From: an uncultured Candidatus Saccharimonas sp.
GTDB taxonomy: Bacteria > Patescibacteriota > Saccharimonadia > Saccharimonadales > Saccharimonadaceae
Length of the DNA: 32,000 nucleotides
NCBI GenBank assembly: GCA_963528875.1
Contig: CAURWT010000003.1
Coordinates: 118,939 to 150,938, forward strand
Reading direction: 5' to 3'
This document shows, in pieces, positions 1 to 9,084 of this stretch. Position 1 is the first letter of the stretch. Every line of letters begins with the position of its first letter. The notes below the pieces were generated by a model. The model was not told the DNA's origin and ran no database searches. It worked only from the letters and a program-made list of their open reading frames with translations. The translations under genes were made by a program, and so were the position numbers.

Positions 1-2
1 CG

Positions 3-410
3 ATTGATGGAAAGTTTAAAAATTCTGAGTTGATTTCGAAATATCTTGAAGCTGTTCGAGGAATTCAACCTGAAAATGGTAAGAAGATTTCGGCTGAATG
101 GATGATTATTGAGAAGATTTTTACTGAAAAGGATGGAAAAGGAGCTTTATTCCAAGAGAAGTTTAATGGCGAAAATCAAACTTCAACAACGGCGGAGGAA
201 ACTGAGAAGATTTTGCAAAGCTGGCTGAAAGATGCGGGTTATTCAGATATGCAAGTTGAGGAAATTTCGAAAAAAGCTAAAAGTGATGAAATCCAGAAGC
301 GTATTAAAGAGAATATTCGAGTTGTAAATGAAGAAATTAAGACGAAGAGCATTCCGACTTTGATTTATGAAAACCAGAGACACGAGGGTTTATATAAAGT
401 TTCGAAATAA
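3..410 (+). CDS. C-terminal part of a DsbA-like thioredoxin-fold protein (5' end outside window)
   Basis: The frame is open from base 3 (IDGKFKNSE...) with no stop, so the TTG at 30 in the ORF track is probably not the true start. The C-terminal ...KTKSIPTLIYENQRHEG resembles the DsbA-family [ST]-x-P-T-x-x-I-x-G strand. Stop TAA 408-410. Confidence 0.4.
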   Translation: MDGKFKNSELISKYLEAVRGIQPENGKKISAEWMIIEKIFTEKDGKGALFQEKFNGENQTSTTAEETEKILQSWLKDAGYSDMQVEEISKKAKSDEIQKRIKENIRVVNEEIKTKSIPTLIYENQRHEGLYKVSK

Positions 411-425
411 TTTTTATAAAACCTC

Positions 426-454
426 TTTACAAAATATTGAAGATTAGGTATAAT
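426..454 (+). promoter_or_regulatory. sigma70-type promoter of tuf (TTTACA-N17-TATAAT)
   Basis: TTTACA at 426-431 and TATAAT at 449-454 with a 17-nt spacer, followed by a structured leader and SD AAAGGAG before ATG 542. Confidence 0.5.
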
Positions 455-541
455 TATAGGTAGCGTCGCGTCGTGTGTTTTGCTAAAACAGTGACTCGTG
501 CGACGCGCATAATATTATTAATAAAAGGAGAAATTCTAAAA

Positions 542-1726
542 ATGGCAGAATTTGACCGCTCAAAGCCACACGTAAACGTTGGTACAATGGGACACGTTGA
601 CCACGGTAAAACAACTCTTACTGCGGCTATCACAGCAGTTCTTGCAAAACGACTTCCATCGGAAGTTAACAAACCAATCGCGTACGATCAAATCGACAAC
701 GCACCAGAAGAAAAAGCTCGTGGTATTACGATTGCTTCTTCTCACCAAGAATATGAATCAAAAAACCGACACTATGCTCACGTTGACATGCCTGGACACG
801 CAGACTATGTTAAAAACATGATTACTGGTGCCGCTCAGGTTGATGGTGCTGTTCTTGTGATTGCAGCTACAGATGGTCCTATGCCACAAACTCGTGAACA
901 CGTTCTTTTGGCAAAACAAGTTGGTGTGCCTAAGATTGTTGTTTTCTTGAACAAAATGGATATGGCTGACGAAGAACTTGTTGAATTGATTGAAATGGAT
1001 GTTCGTGAACTTCTTTCAGCTAATGGATTTGACGGCGACAACGCTCCAATCATCAAAGGTTCAGCTCTTAAAGCTCTTGAAGGTGATGAAAAATACGAAG
1101 ACGCTATTATGGAATTGGTTGATGCTATGGATACATACATCGAAGAACCAGTTCGTGATATGGACAAACCATTCTTGATGCCTATCGAAGACGTTTTCTC
1201 AATCAAAGGTCGTGGTACAGTTGCTACAGGACGAATCGAACAAGGTGTTGTTAAACTTAACGACGAAGTTGAAATTGTTGGTTTGAAAGATTCACAAAAA
1301 ACTGTTGTTACAGGTATTGAAGCTTTCAAAAAATCTCTTGATCAAGGTCAAGCAGGTGACAACGCTGGTCTTCTTCTTCGAGGTATTGATCGAGATCAAA
1401 TCGAACGTGGACAGGTTATTGCTGCTCCTGGCACAATTACTCCACACACAGAATTTGAAGCTGAAGTTTACATCTTGAAGAAAGATGAAGGTGGACGACA
1501 CACTCCATTCTCAAAGGGTTATAAACCACAATTCTACTTCCGAACAACTGACGTTACTGGTGAAGTTGAACTTCCAGCTGATAAAGAAATGGTTATGCCT
1601 GGTGACAATGTAACTTTCAAAGTTAAATTGCAAGCACCTATTGCTATGGAACAAGGTTTGAACTTTGCTATCCGTGAAGGTGGACGAACTGTTGGTGCTG
1701 GTGTTGTTACAAACATCATCAAATAA
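542..1726 (+). CDS. tuf: translation elongation factor Tu
   Basis: [29 protein letters not shown] (G1 P-loop), DxPGH, NKMD and SAL motifs; 394 aa. ATG 542 is preceded by AAAGGAG; the ORF-track start at 473 is upstream read-in. Note VDMPGH where VDCPGH is usual. Confidence 0.97.
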   Translation: MAEFDRSKPHVNVGTMGHVDHGKTTLTAAITAVLAKRLPSEVNKPIAYDQIDNAPEEKARGITIASSHQEYESKNRHYAHVDMPGHADYVKNMITGAAQVDGAVLVIAATDGPMPQTREHVLLAKQVGVPKIVVFLNKMDMADEELVELIEMDVRELLSANGFDGDNAPIIKGSALKALEGDEKYEDAIMELVDAMDTYIEEPVRDMDKPFLMPIEDVFSIKGRGTVATGRIEQGVVKLNDEVEIVGLKDSQKTVVTGIEAFKKSLDQGQAGDNAGLLLRGIDRDQIERGQVIAAPGTITPHTEFEAEVYILKKDEGGRHTPFSKGYKPQFYFRTTDVTGEVELPADKEMVMPGDNVTFKVKLQAPIAMEQGLNFAIREGGRTVGAGVVTNIIK

Positions 1727-1743
1727 TAGTTTATGGTTCATGA

Positions 1744-1774
1744 AAACACTCCGATAAGGAGTGTTTTTATTTTG
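1744..1774 (+). terminator. rho-independent terminator after tuf
   Basis: AAACACTCC / GGAGTGTTT 9-bp stem, 5-nt loop, followed by TTTTATTTT. Confidence 0.7.
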
Positions 1775-1832
1775 GTTAAAATAATTAAATTTGTTGTTAT
1801 TTTAACCGAAAGCATGATATAATATTAGAGTT

Positions 1833-2660
1833 ATGGATATTTTGGAACTGTTTAAAATTGTTATAGTTAGTATAATTGAAGGTGTTACCGAATGGCTGCC
1901 TATTTCAAGTACTGGCCACATACTACTATTTGACGAATTTGCCAAGCTTAATTTTTCAAGTGAGTTTAAGTCTGTATTTATGGTTGTCATCCAGCTTGGA
2001 GCTATAATGGCAGTTATTTTTACTTATTGGTCTAATTTAAATCCTTTTGATAAACATAAGAATCGTCGTGAAAAAAAGAATACAATTGAATTATGGAAAA
2101 AAATATTAATTGGTGCAGTTCCTGCGGGAGTTATGGGAATACTATTTAATAATTTTATAGAAAAATATTTCGAAAATATGTGGGTTATTTCGGCAATGCT
2201 GATTGTTTATGGCATTTTGTTCATTATTATAGAACAGTTTCGAAAAAATAAAAATATAAAGACAAAAATTGAAAGCTTTGAAGAAATGACTTATTTAGAT
2301 GCACTTAAAATTGGTGGATACCAAATTTTAGCACTCATCCCTGGAACTTCTCGAAGCGGATCAACAATAATTGGTGGGTTATTGACGGGGGTTTCGAGAA
2401 AAATTGCGGTAGAATTTTCATTTTTTATGGGCATTCCTATTATGTTAGGGTCGAGTGCTCTTAAGATTATTAAACATGGCTTTAAATATTCTAATACTGA
2501 GATTTTCTACCTATCAGTTGCCTTAATTTTAACGTTTATCGTTTCAATGTTTGTTATAAAGTCTCTGGTTAACTATCTTAAGGATAATGATTTTCGAATG
2601 TTTGGTTGGTATAGAATTTTATTAGCAATATTAATAGTTGGGTATTTTTTAATTAAATAG
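1833..2660 (+). CDS. uppP: undecaprenyl-diphosphate phosphatase (BacA/UppP family)
   Basis: N-terminal IIEGVTEWLPISSTGH and the central PGTSRSG motif typical of BacA; multi-pass membrane profile; 275 aa. Confidence 0.9.
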   Translation: MDILELFKIVIVSIIEGVTEWLPISSTGHILLFDEFAKLNFSSEFKSVFMVVIQLGAIMAVIFTYWSNLNPFDKHKNRREKKNTIELWKKILIGAVPAGVMGILFNNFIEKYFENMWVISAMLIVYGILFIIIEQFRKNKNIKTKIESFEEMTYLDALKIGGYQILALIPGTSRSGSTIIGGLLTGVSRKIAVEFSFFMGIPIMLGSSALKIIKHGFKYSNTEIFYLSVALILTFIVSMFVIKSLVNYLKDNDFRMFGWYRILLAILIVGYFLIK

Positions 2661-2706
2661 GAATTGAATCTTTAAATAAGATTGAAAGTATGGTAAAATA
2701 GTTATT

Positions 2707-4113
2707 ATGAATTGGAAAATAATAGTTAAATCGATGAAAAATAAAGATATGCAAAAGCGTGTCTTTGGAGTGGTTGGTCTTTTAATAATTTTTAGATTCT
2801 TGGCGCATGTGCCAATTCCTCTTGCTAATGCGGGAAACTTGAAAGAGGTTGTTGAATCTGCCATTAAGAGCACTGATTTAGGAGGATTTATTAATCTGCT
2901 AACTGGTGGTGCTTTGACAAGCTTTTCAATTATGCTTGTTGGTCTAAGCCCATTTATTACTGCCTCAATTATTACTCAGTTAATGACAAAAGCTATCCCA
3001 TCACTAGAAGAATTAAATAATGATGGCGAGTCTGGTCGACGAAAGATTAATCAATGGACGCGAATTTTAACTATTCCTTTAGCGATTATTCAATCTATTG
3101 CTTATATTTTCATATTACAGACAACCGTTCTTCAGTCTAACTCTGCAGGCTTCAAAGGCATGAGTTTGTCTAACTGGATTGTTGCCGTAACTGCAATGGT
3201 TGCTGGTTCGGTTCTTTTGATGTGGATTGGTGAAATTATCACAGAAAAAGGCGTTGGAAATGGAATTTCCTTAGTTATTTTTGCTGGTATTATTTCACAG
3301 CTACCAACAACATTAGCAACTCTAATTTCTTCAATTACAGATACTAAAGATGGTGCTTTTGATGTTTTCGGTTGGTTTACTTTGCCTGTTAATCGTATTG
3401 CATTTATGGTTACATTGATACTTCTAGTAATAAGCTTAATTCTTCTTTATATTTTAGTTAAGATTAATGAAGCGCAAAGAGTTATTACTATTAATTATGC
3501 AAAACGAGTTCATGGAAATTCATCTTATGGTGGAATAAAAAGTATATTGCCAGTAAAACTTATTGTTGCCGGTGTTATCCCAGTAATTTTTGCTGTTTCG
3601 TTCTTAAGTCTTCCTGCGTTTATTGGTCAGGTGATGAAGAATGCTAAAGTTAATGTTTCATTGGCTGAAAACTTAATTAAATGGTTTTCTGCCCCAAATC
3701 AAGGAACTTTTACCGGATCTTCTCCTGAGTCGTTTATTTATCCGGCCGTATATTTTGTTTTAATCGTGGTATTTACATATTTTTATACTTCGATTGTATT
3801 TAACTCGAATGAAATCGCTGACAATCTTCAAAAACAAGGTGGATTTATTGAGGGTATACGCCCCGGTATTTCGACAGCAAACTATTTAAATAAAGTGGTT
3901 AATCGCTTAAATTTGTTTGGTGCAGTAGCTCTTGGTTTGATTGCGTTATTACCATTTGTTGCAGATTATCTCCTATATAATCTAGCTTCAATTCAAAATA
4001 GTAATCTTTCAATTGGTGGAACTGGAATCTTGATTATTGTAACTGTTGCTCTCGAGACTATTAGACAGATAAATTCGCGAGCGTTGATGGTTACTTACGA
4101 CGATTACAAATAA
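2707..4113 (+). CDS. secY: preprotein translocase subunit SecY
   Basis: 468 aa with a 10-TM-like profile and SecY-typical segments (LGxSPFITASIITQL, WIGEIITEKGVGNGISL). Start ATG 2707 has no SD (in-frame Mets at 2734 and 2749 are alternatives). Confidence 0.92.
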   Translation: MNWKIIVKSMKNKDMQKRVFGVVGLLIIFRFLAHVPIPLANAGNLKEVVESAIKSTDLGGFINLLTGGALTSFSIMLVGLSPFITASIITQLMTKAIPSLEELNNDGESGRRKINQWTRILTIPLAIIQSIAYIFILQTTVLQSNSAGFKGMSLSNWIVAVTAMVAGSVLLMWIGEIITEKGVGNGISLVIFAGIISQLPTTLATLISSITDTKDGAFDVFGWFTLPVNRIAFMVTLILLVISLILLYILVKINEAQRVITINYAKRVHGNSSYGGIKSILPVKLIVAGVIPVIFAVSFLSLPAFIGQVMKNAKVNVSLAENLIKWFSAPNQGTFTGSSPESFIYPAVYFVLIVVFTYFYTSIVFNSNEIADNLQKQGGFIEGIRPGISTANYLNKVVNRLNLFGAVALGLIALLPFVADYLLYNLASIQNSNLSIGGTGILIIVTVALETIRQINSRALMVTYDDYK

Positions 4114-4125
4114 AGAGATCTTTAA

Positions 4126-4827
4126 ATGAAGATTAAAAATTCTCGAAAAAAAGCTAAAAAAATATTGTCTGTAGTTCTTATAATTTGTTGGGTTTGTTTA
4201 ATAGGCTATACTGGAGTTTATGTATACAATAATTTTCTACAGCCTAAAAAAAATCAGCAGAAAATTCCAGGTGGCTCAACATTAACTCACCAAGTTGATG
4301 AAACTGAAGTTACTGAAGAGAAAAAAAACTCTTATAAAGTTCCTAATCCACTTTTCCCGAGATTTTTATCAATCCCTAACTTAAAAATCTCAAATGCTCG
4401 TGTTGTTCAATTGGGACTAATAAAAAATACCAACCAACTCGATTCGCCAATTTCAATTCATGATGCTGGTTGGTATGTGAAAAGTGCCTTACCGGGAAAC
4501 TCTAAAGGCGCACTACTTATAGATGGCCATAATGGAGGTCCGACTAAAGGGGGTATTTTCGAAAATCTTGGTAACCTTTTGAAAGGCTCAGATATAATAG
4601 TTGAAAGAGGCGATGGACAAAAAATAACTTATGAAGTTAAAGATATCCGTGAAATGACTGTTGATGAAATTAATGATGAAAATAATAAATTTGGAATGAG
4701 TACGATGCTTGACTCATTTGAGCCTTCAAAAGAAGGATTGAATATTATAACATGTGTTGGTGATTGGGATTATTCGAAGAATACATTCAATAAACGAGTG
4801 ATGCTAAGAGCTGTTCGAAAGTCTTAA
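4126..4827 (+). CDS. sortase-family transpeptidase (membrane anchored)
   Basis: N-terminal TM anchor; L-S-I-P-x-L ... DAGWY ... PGxxGxxLIDGH (catalytic His), NIITC (catalytic Cys), and Arg in KRVMLRA. This matches the sortase H-C-R layout. Confidence 0.75.
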   Translation: MKIKNSRKKAKKILSVVLIICWVCLIGYTGVYVYNNFLQPKKNQQKIPGGSTLTHQVDETEVTEEKKNSYKVPNPLFPRFLSIPNLKISNARVVQLGLIKNTNQLDSPISIHDAGWYVKSALPGNSKGALLIDGHNGGPTKGGIFENLGNLLKGSDIIVERGDGQKITYEVKDIREMTVDEINDENNKFGMSTMLDSFEPSKEGLNIITCVGDWDYSKNTFNKRVMLRAVRKS

Positions 4828-4893
4828 TTTGACGTAATAATAAAAATGTGCTATCATTCACTGGTAGTACATTTTTAGATTGGGGTGGAGAAT

Positions 4894-5799
4894 ATGCCAA
4901 AACACAAGATTGTATTTTTTGATATCGATGGAACAATTAGAAATAAATCTTTGACGGAATCTCTTTTTGAAATTCTTGTTCAAGATTATCCTTATCGTGG
5001 AGTTAATGAAGAAAAATATCTTCAACTTCAAGATGAAATTTCTAAACTTCGAAAAGCCTATAAATCCTCTGGTGATGAAGCAGATGATTTGTTTGGTGAG
5101 TATTGCCAAAAAGTTGTCGAATTTTCGATGTTTGCTCTTGAAAAATACTCTCTTGAGGAGGTTCGAGAAATTGGTCGCAGGGTTGCGACTGAATATCGAG
5201 ACCATCAGGACTATGTATTTTCGAAAGAGCTTATAAAGTTTTTGCGACAAGAAGGTTTTGAATTGGTTGCAATTTCTGGCTCACCAAAATTTTTAGTTGA
5301 TGCTTTCGTGAAAGAATATGGCTTTTCAAAAGGGATTGGCCAGGAATACATCAAAGATGAATCAGCTGGAATTTTTAAAGAAACTGAAATTCGAACTTTT
5401 CAGAATAAACATATTTTTGTTGAAGAGCTTCTCAAACAAAGAAAAAGTGGAGAATTCCATCGTAGCGATTTCTTTATTATTGCAGTTGGCGACACGGAAT
5501 GTGATTTTTCGATGATGGATTACGCAGATAAGACTTTCGTAATAAATCCTTCCTTGAGCTTTTTTTCGAGTATAATTAATTTCGTATGGAATAACTCGCC
5601 GGAATTATGTAAACTGAAATATTCAAAATTTACGATTATATCTGAAAGAAAAAGAAGACCAATAATTCAGGAGCTTTATTCAACAAAAGATATTAATGGT
5701 TGTTTTATCGAATATGGGGTAGAAGTAAGCACTCCTTTGATTCGTAAAATTCAAGATGTTAGGTTCTTTCTTGAATATAGAAAATCATTATGGTTTTAG
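4894..5799 (+). CDS. HAD-superfamily hydrolase (subfamily IB-like phosphatase)
   Basis: FFDIDGT (DxDxT motif I), AISGSP (motif II), GDTECDFSMM (motif IV-like). ATG 4894 follows GGTGGAG; the ORF-track GTG at 4885 sits inside that SD. Confidence 0.7.
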   Translation: MPKHKIVFFDIDGTIRNKSLTESLFEILVQDYPYRGVNEEKYLQLQDEISKLRKAYKSSGDEADDLFGEYCQKVVEFSMFALEKYSLEEVREIGRRVATEYRDHQDYVFSKELIKFLRQEGFELVAISGSPKFLVDAFVKEYGFSKGIGQEYIKDESAGIFKETEIRTFQNKHIFVEELLKQRKSGEFHRSDFFIIAVGDTECDFSMMDYADKTFVINPSLSFFSSIINFVWNNSPELCKLKYSKFTIISERKRRPIIQELYSTKDINGCFIEYGVEVSTPLIRKIQDVRFFLEYRKSLWF

Positions 5800-5804
5800 T
5801 TTCT

Positions 5805-5828
5805 AGGCGCCCGAAAGGGTGCTTTTAA
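5805..5828 (+). terminator. rho-independent terminator (GAAA tetraloop)
   Basis: GGCGCCC GAAA GGGTGCT stem with one G-U pair, followed by TTTT. Confidence 0.55.
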
Positions 5829-5855
5829 AATTATGAAAAAAATAATAAAAAGGGC

Positions 5856-5884
5856 TTGACTTTTTGAGTAGTATAATGTAGAAT
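5856..5884 (+). promoter_or_regulatory. promoter of the infA-rpmJ-rpsM operon (TTGACT-N17-TAGAAT)
   Basis: TTGACT 5856-5861 and TAGAAT 5879-5884. The infA ATG lies only 11 nt after the -10 and has no SD. Confidence 0.5.
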
Positions 5885-5895
5885 GGTATAGATTT

Positions 5896-6117
5896 ATGGC
5901 TCAAAAGGAAGTAATAAAATTGGAAGGACGAATCGTGGAGGCTTTGCCAAACACGCAGTTTAAGGTTGAACTTCAAAATGGGCATACAATCATCGCTCAT
6001 ATCAGTGGAAAAATGCGAAAGCATTATATTCGATTGGTGCCGGGCGACAAGGTTGAAGTAGAGTTGACCCCTTATGACCTTACTAAGGGAAGAATCAGCT
6101 TCCGCCTAAGAGATTAG
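5896..6117 (+). CDS. infA: translation initiation factor IF-1
   Basis: 73 aa; [64 protein letters not shown] is a near-canonical IF-1 S1 fold. Confidence 0.95.
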   Translation: MAQKEVIKLEGRIVEALPNTQFKVELQNGHTIIAHISGKMRKHYIRLVPGDKVEVELTPYDLTKGRISFRLRD

Positions 6118-6219
6118 CAAGTTCGAAATAGAAAAAAGCCAGCTTTCAAAATGGCTTATTATTTCTATGGGGATTTGCAGATAATATAAACCTAAAGGAT
6201 AAGGAGTTTTTATACACTT

Positions 6220-6336
6220 ATGAAAGTTCGTGCAAGTGTTAAAAAAATCAGTCCAGATGACATTCTAGTTCGTCGAAAAGGTCGACTACGTGTCATCAAT
6301 AAGAAAAAACCTAAGAATAAGCAAAGGCAGGGTTAA
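6220..6336 (+). CDS. rpmJ: 50S ribosomal protein L36 (Cys-less, zinc-independent type)
   Basis: Not in the ORF track (38 aa). My translation is [38 protein letters not shown] with SD TAAGGAG upstream, in the canonical position between infA and rpsM. Stop TAA 6334-6336. Confidence 0.85.
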   Translation: MKVRASVKKISPDDILVRRKGRLRVINKKKPKNKQRQG

Positions 6337-6338
6337 GT

Positions 6339-6725
6339 ATGGCTCGAATCGCAGGGGTAACAATCCCAGCAGAAAAGCAAGTTTGGATTGCTCTTACCTA
6401 TATTTATGGTATTGGTGAAACAACTTCGCGAACCATCCTTGCGGCGGCTAAAATTGAGCCGACCACTCGGGTGAAAGATCTCACCGAGGCTGAAGAACAG
6501 AAGCTGCGTGAAATTATTGATAATAATTATACCGTAGAAGGTGATCTGCAACGCCTCGTGGCAAATAATATTAAACGTCTAAAAGACATTAACAACTATA
6601 AAGGTATGCGACACAAATCAGGGTTGCCTGTAAACGGTCAGCGCACACGAACGAACGCACGAACTCGAAAAGGTCGCGCAATCGCCGTTGGTGGAGCACA
6701 GCCAAAAGCAGCAAGCAAGACTTGA
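6339..6725 (+). CDS. rpsM: 30S ribosomal protein S13
   Basis: [10 protein letters not shown]...YIYGIG N-terminus and basic C-terminus. Ends in TGA (6723-6725), immediately followed by the rpsK SD. Confidence 0.95.
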   Translation: MARIAGVTIPAEKQVWIALTYIYGIGETTSRTILAAAKIEPTTRVKDLTEAEEQKLREIIDNNYTVEGDLQRLVANNIKRLKDINNYKGMRHKSGLPVNGQRTRTNARTRKGRAIAVGGAQPKAASKT

Positions 6726-6745
6726 TTTAGGAAAGGGATAGAAAA

Positions 6746-7132
6746 ATGGCAGAAAAAGTTAGTCGTAAAAAACAGCGCCGATCTGTTCCATCAGGTCAAA
6801 TGCATATTCAAGCGACCTTTAATAACACAATCATTACTTTTACGGATAAAAAAGGTAATGCTTTAGCGGCAGCAAGTGCTGGTGCTTGTGGCTTTCGAGG
6901 AAGTAAAAAAGGTACAGCTTATGCAGCGCAGGTTGCAACTGAAAAAGCAGCCGAAAATGCACAAGCTCTTTATGGGTTAAAATCAGTTGATGTTTTCGTT
7001 AAAGGTGTTGGACTTGGTCGCGATTCAGCGATTCGTTCACTTTCGAATGTAAACATTAACGTTGAAAGTATTAAAGATGTGACTGGCGTCCCACATGGTG
7101 GCGTTCGTCCTAAGAAAGCAAGGAGGGCTTAA
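6746..7132 (+). CDS. rpsK: 30S ribosomal protein S11
   Basis: GQMHIQATFNNTIITFTDKKGN...GFRGSKKGTAYAAQ... typical S11. Confidence 0.95.
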   Translation: MAEKVSRKKQRRSVPSGQMHIQATFNNTIITFTDKKGNALAAASAGACGFRGSKKGTAYAAQVATEKAAENAQALYGLKSVDVFVKGVGLGRDSAIRSLSNVNINVESIKDVTGVPHGGVRPKKARRA

Positions 7133-7134
7133 TT

Positions 7135-7752
7135 ATGGCGAGAGATAGATCTCCGATTGTTAAACAATCACGCCGAGAAGGCTATGCCCTTCATCGAAAA
7201 GCTGCTAAAATTATGGCACGTAAGAGTGGAATTCCTGGTCAACATTCAGGTTCTCGACAAGGAAAGCCAAGTTTATACGCAGTTCAATTGCGTGAAAAGC
7301 AGAAAGTTCGACGACTTTACGGACTTCTTGAAAAGCAATTCGCACGATTGATGAAAGAAGCGTCACGCCGTGAAGGTTTGGCTGGTGAAAACTTATTACA
7401 GCTTTTGGAACTTCGTTTAGATAATGCTATTTATCGAGCAGGTTTCGCAACTTCACGACGACAAGCTCGCCAGTTGGTGAGCCACGGACATTTCTTGTTA
7501 AACGGTCGACGAGTTGATATTCCTTCAATTCGATTAAAAGCTGGCGACGAGATTGTTGTTCGACCAAAGAGCCAAAAATCTGGCTATTTCACGAATCTTG
7601 AAGATGTTGTTGCTGATGCAGCCCCAGCTCCACTTAGCTGGTTAAAAGCTGACAGTAAGAAAATGACAGTTTCTATTTCAGGTCTTCCTAAACGAGAAGA
7701 GGCAGAAGCTGGAATTAATGAACAGCTAATCGTTGAATATTACTCACGATAA
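7135..7752 (+). CDS. rpsD: 30S ribosomal protein S4
   Basis: LREKQKVRRLYG, LELRLDN, an S4 RNA-binding domain (SHGHFLLNGRRVDIPS) and YYSR at the C-terminus. Confidence 0.95.
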   Translation: MARDRSPIVKQSRREGYALHRKAAKIMARKSGIPGQHSGSRQGKPSLYAVQLREKQKVRRLYGLLEKQFARLMKEASRREGLAGENLLQLLELRLDNAIYRAGFATSRRQARQLVSHGHFLLNGRRVDIPSIRLKAGDEIVVRPKSQKSGYFTNLEDVVADAAPAPLSWLKADSKKMTVSISGLPKREEAEAGINEQLIVEYYSR

Positions 7753-7775
7753 AAGGTAAGGAGCTAAAAGTTTAT

Positions 7776-8699
7776 ATGTCAAAATTAATTCATAACCCAG
7801 CGCTTGCTGAAATTCAAGACTTAAGCGAAAATGTTGCAACTTTTGTTGTAAAGCCGCTTGAGCCTGGATACGGTAATACGCTTGGAAATAGCTTGCGCCG
7901 AGTGCTCCTTTCGAGTATTAATGGTGCAGCAATAGTTGCTTTTAAGATTGACGGAGTTAGCCATGAATTTACATCAATTGAAGGTGTGAAAGAAGATGTG
8001 GTTGACATAATGTTGAATCTTAAGAATGTAAAATTTAAGGCTCATACTGATTCGCCTGTTGAACTTCGATTGGAAAAAACTGGTGCCGGTGTAATTACCG
8101 CTGGTGATATTCAAGCAAACGCTGATATGGAAGTAGTAAATCCAGATCAAGTTATCGCAACTATTGACGATAAAAAGACTAAATTTGCGATGGATATTGT
8201 GGTTGAATCTGGTCATGGTTATAAAACTATTGAAGAATCAAGTGAAGACCGAATTCATAGTGATATGATTGCAGTTGATGCAATTTTCACGCCAGTTTTG
8301 CGAGTTCGATATAAAGTTGATAATACTCGTGTTGGTCAGGTCTCAAACCTTGATAGATTAGACCTAACTATCGAGACTGATGGATCGCTTTCTCCACGGG
8401 AAGCTTTCGAACAAGCATCGGCAATTTTAGCAAATCAATATACGGCACTTGCTGGTTCTACAACGATTGAAGCTGCTCCAGCTTTAGGTGAAGAATTTGA
8501 AGATGAAGCAAGTGAACTTCACACATCAATTGAAGATTTAAACTTGACAGCTCGAACAACAAATGCGCTTGTTAATAATGACATTCGTACTGTTCACGAC
8601 TTAGTAAACCTTACCGAACAAGATTTGCGTGAACTTAAAGGCTTTGGAAGCAAAGCTTTGGATGAAGTAAAAGATAAAATAGCGGAGTTAAATTTATAA
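7776..8699 (+). CDS. rpoA: DNA-directed RNA polymerase alpha subunit
   Basis: PLEPGYGNTLGNSLRRVLLSS N-terminal domain and C-terminal LNLTARTTNAL...L..T..DL..LKGFG (alpha-CTD HhH); 307 aa. Confidence 0.95.
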   Translation: MSKLIHNPALAEIQDLSENVATFVVKPLEPGYGNTLGNSLRRVLLSSINGAAIVAFKIDGVSHEFTSIEGVKEDVVDIMLNLKNVKFKAHTDSPVELRLEKTGAGVITAGDIQANADMEVVNPDQVIATIDDKKTKFAMDIVVESGHGYKTIEESSEDRIHSDMIAVDAIFTPVLRVRYKVDNTRVGQVSNLDRLDLTIETDGSLSPREAFEQASAILANQYTALAGSTTIEAAPALGEEFEDEASELHTSIEDLNLTARTTNALVNNDIRTVHDLVNLTEQDLRELKGFGSKALDEVKDKIAELNL

Positions 8700-8700
8700 T

Positions 8701-9084
8701 ATGCACCGACATGGATATAAAGGGCGAAAATTTGGTCGTGAACGCGACCAACGCCGTGCGCTCCTCAAAGGCTTAGCGACTTCGTTAGTCATTCATGGCA
8801 AAATTGAAACAACTTTGCCAAAAGCCAAAGAGACTTTGCGCTACACAGAAAAGCTTATCACTAAAGCTAAAAAAGGTGATTTACATAACCGTCGTCAAGT
8901 TATGGCCAAACTTGGTAATATTGACGCAGCGAATAAATTAGTAGACATTATTGCTCCACAACTTTCGAAGCGAAATAGTGGTCATTTGCGAATTGAACGA
9001 ACTCGAATTCGTCGCGGTGATGCTGCTCAAATGGCTACAATTGAGTTTGTTGATGAGATTAAACATGAAAGTGAGGATAAGTAA
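8701..9084 (+). CDS. rplQ: 50S ribosomal protein L17
   Basis: MHRHGYKGRKFGRERDQRRALLKGLATSLVIHGKIETT is a typical L17 N-terminus; canonical position after rpoA. Confidence 0.93.
   Translation: MHRHGYKGRKFGRERDQRRALLKGLATSLVIHGKIETTLPKAKETLRYTEKLITKAKKGDLHNRRQVMAKLGNIDAANKLVDIIAPQLSKRNSGHLRIERTRIRRGDAAQMATIEFVDEIKHESEDK

Noticed and set aside
454-1741. Multiple 60-164-aa ORFs in other frames or on the other strand across tuf (for example 835..1329 minus, 579..821 plus).
   Set aside because: They lie entirely inside the unambiguous EF-Tu reading frame and have no promoter or SD. Their products are low-complexity, as expected of chance antisense ORFs.
4858-5250. 130-aa minus-strand ORF and 89-aa plus ORF overlapping the HAD hydrolase gene.
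   Set aside because: The products are composed of antisense or alternate-frame junk (F/K/I-rich), and the HAD motifs define the real frame.
6723-6725. Whole-genome UGA reassignment (code 25 or code 4) as the explanation for the in-frame TGAs.
   Set aside because: rpsM and the 24475 gene terminate sensibly at TGA, with the next gene's SD right after. None of the long conserved genes (tuf, secY, rpoA, hsdR, hsdM, nrdD, queA) contains an internal TGA.
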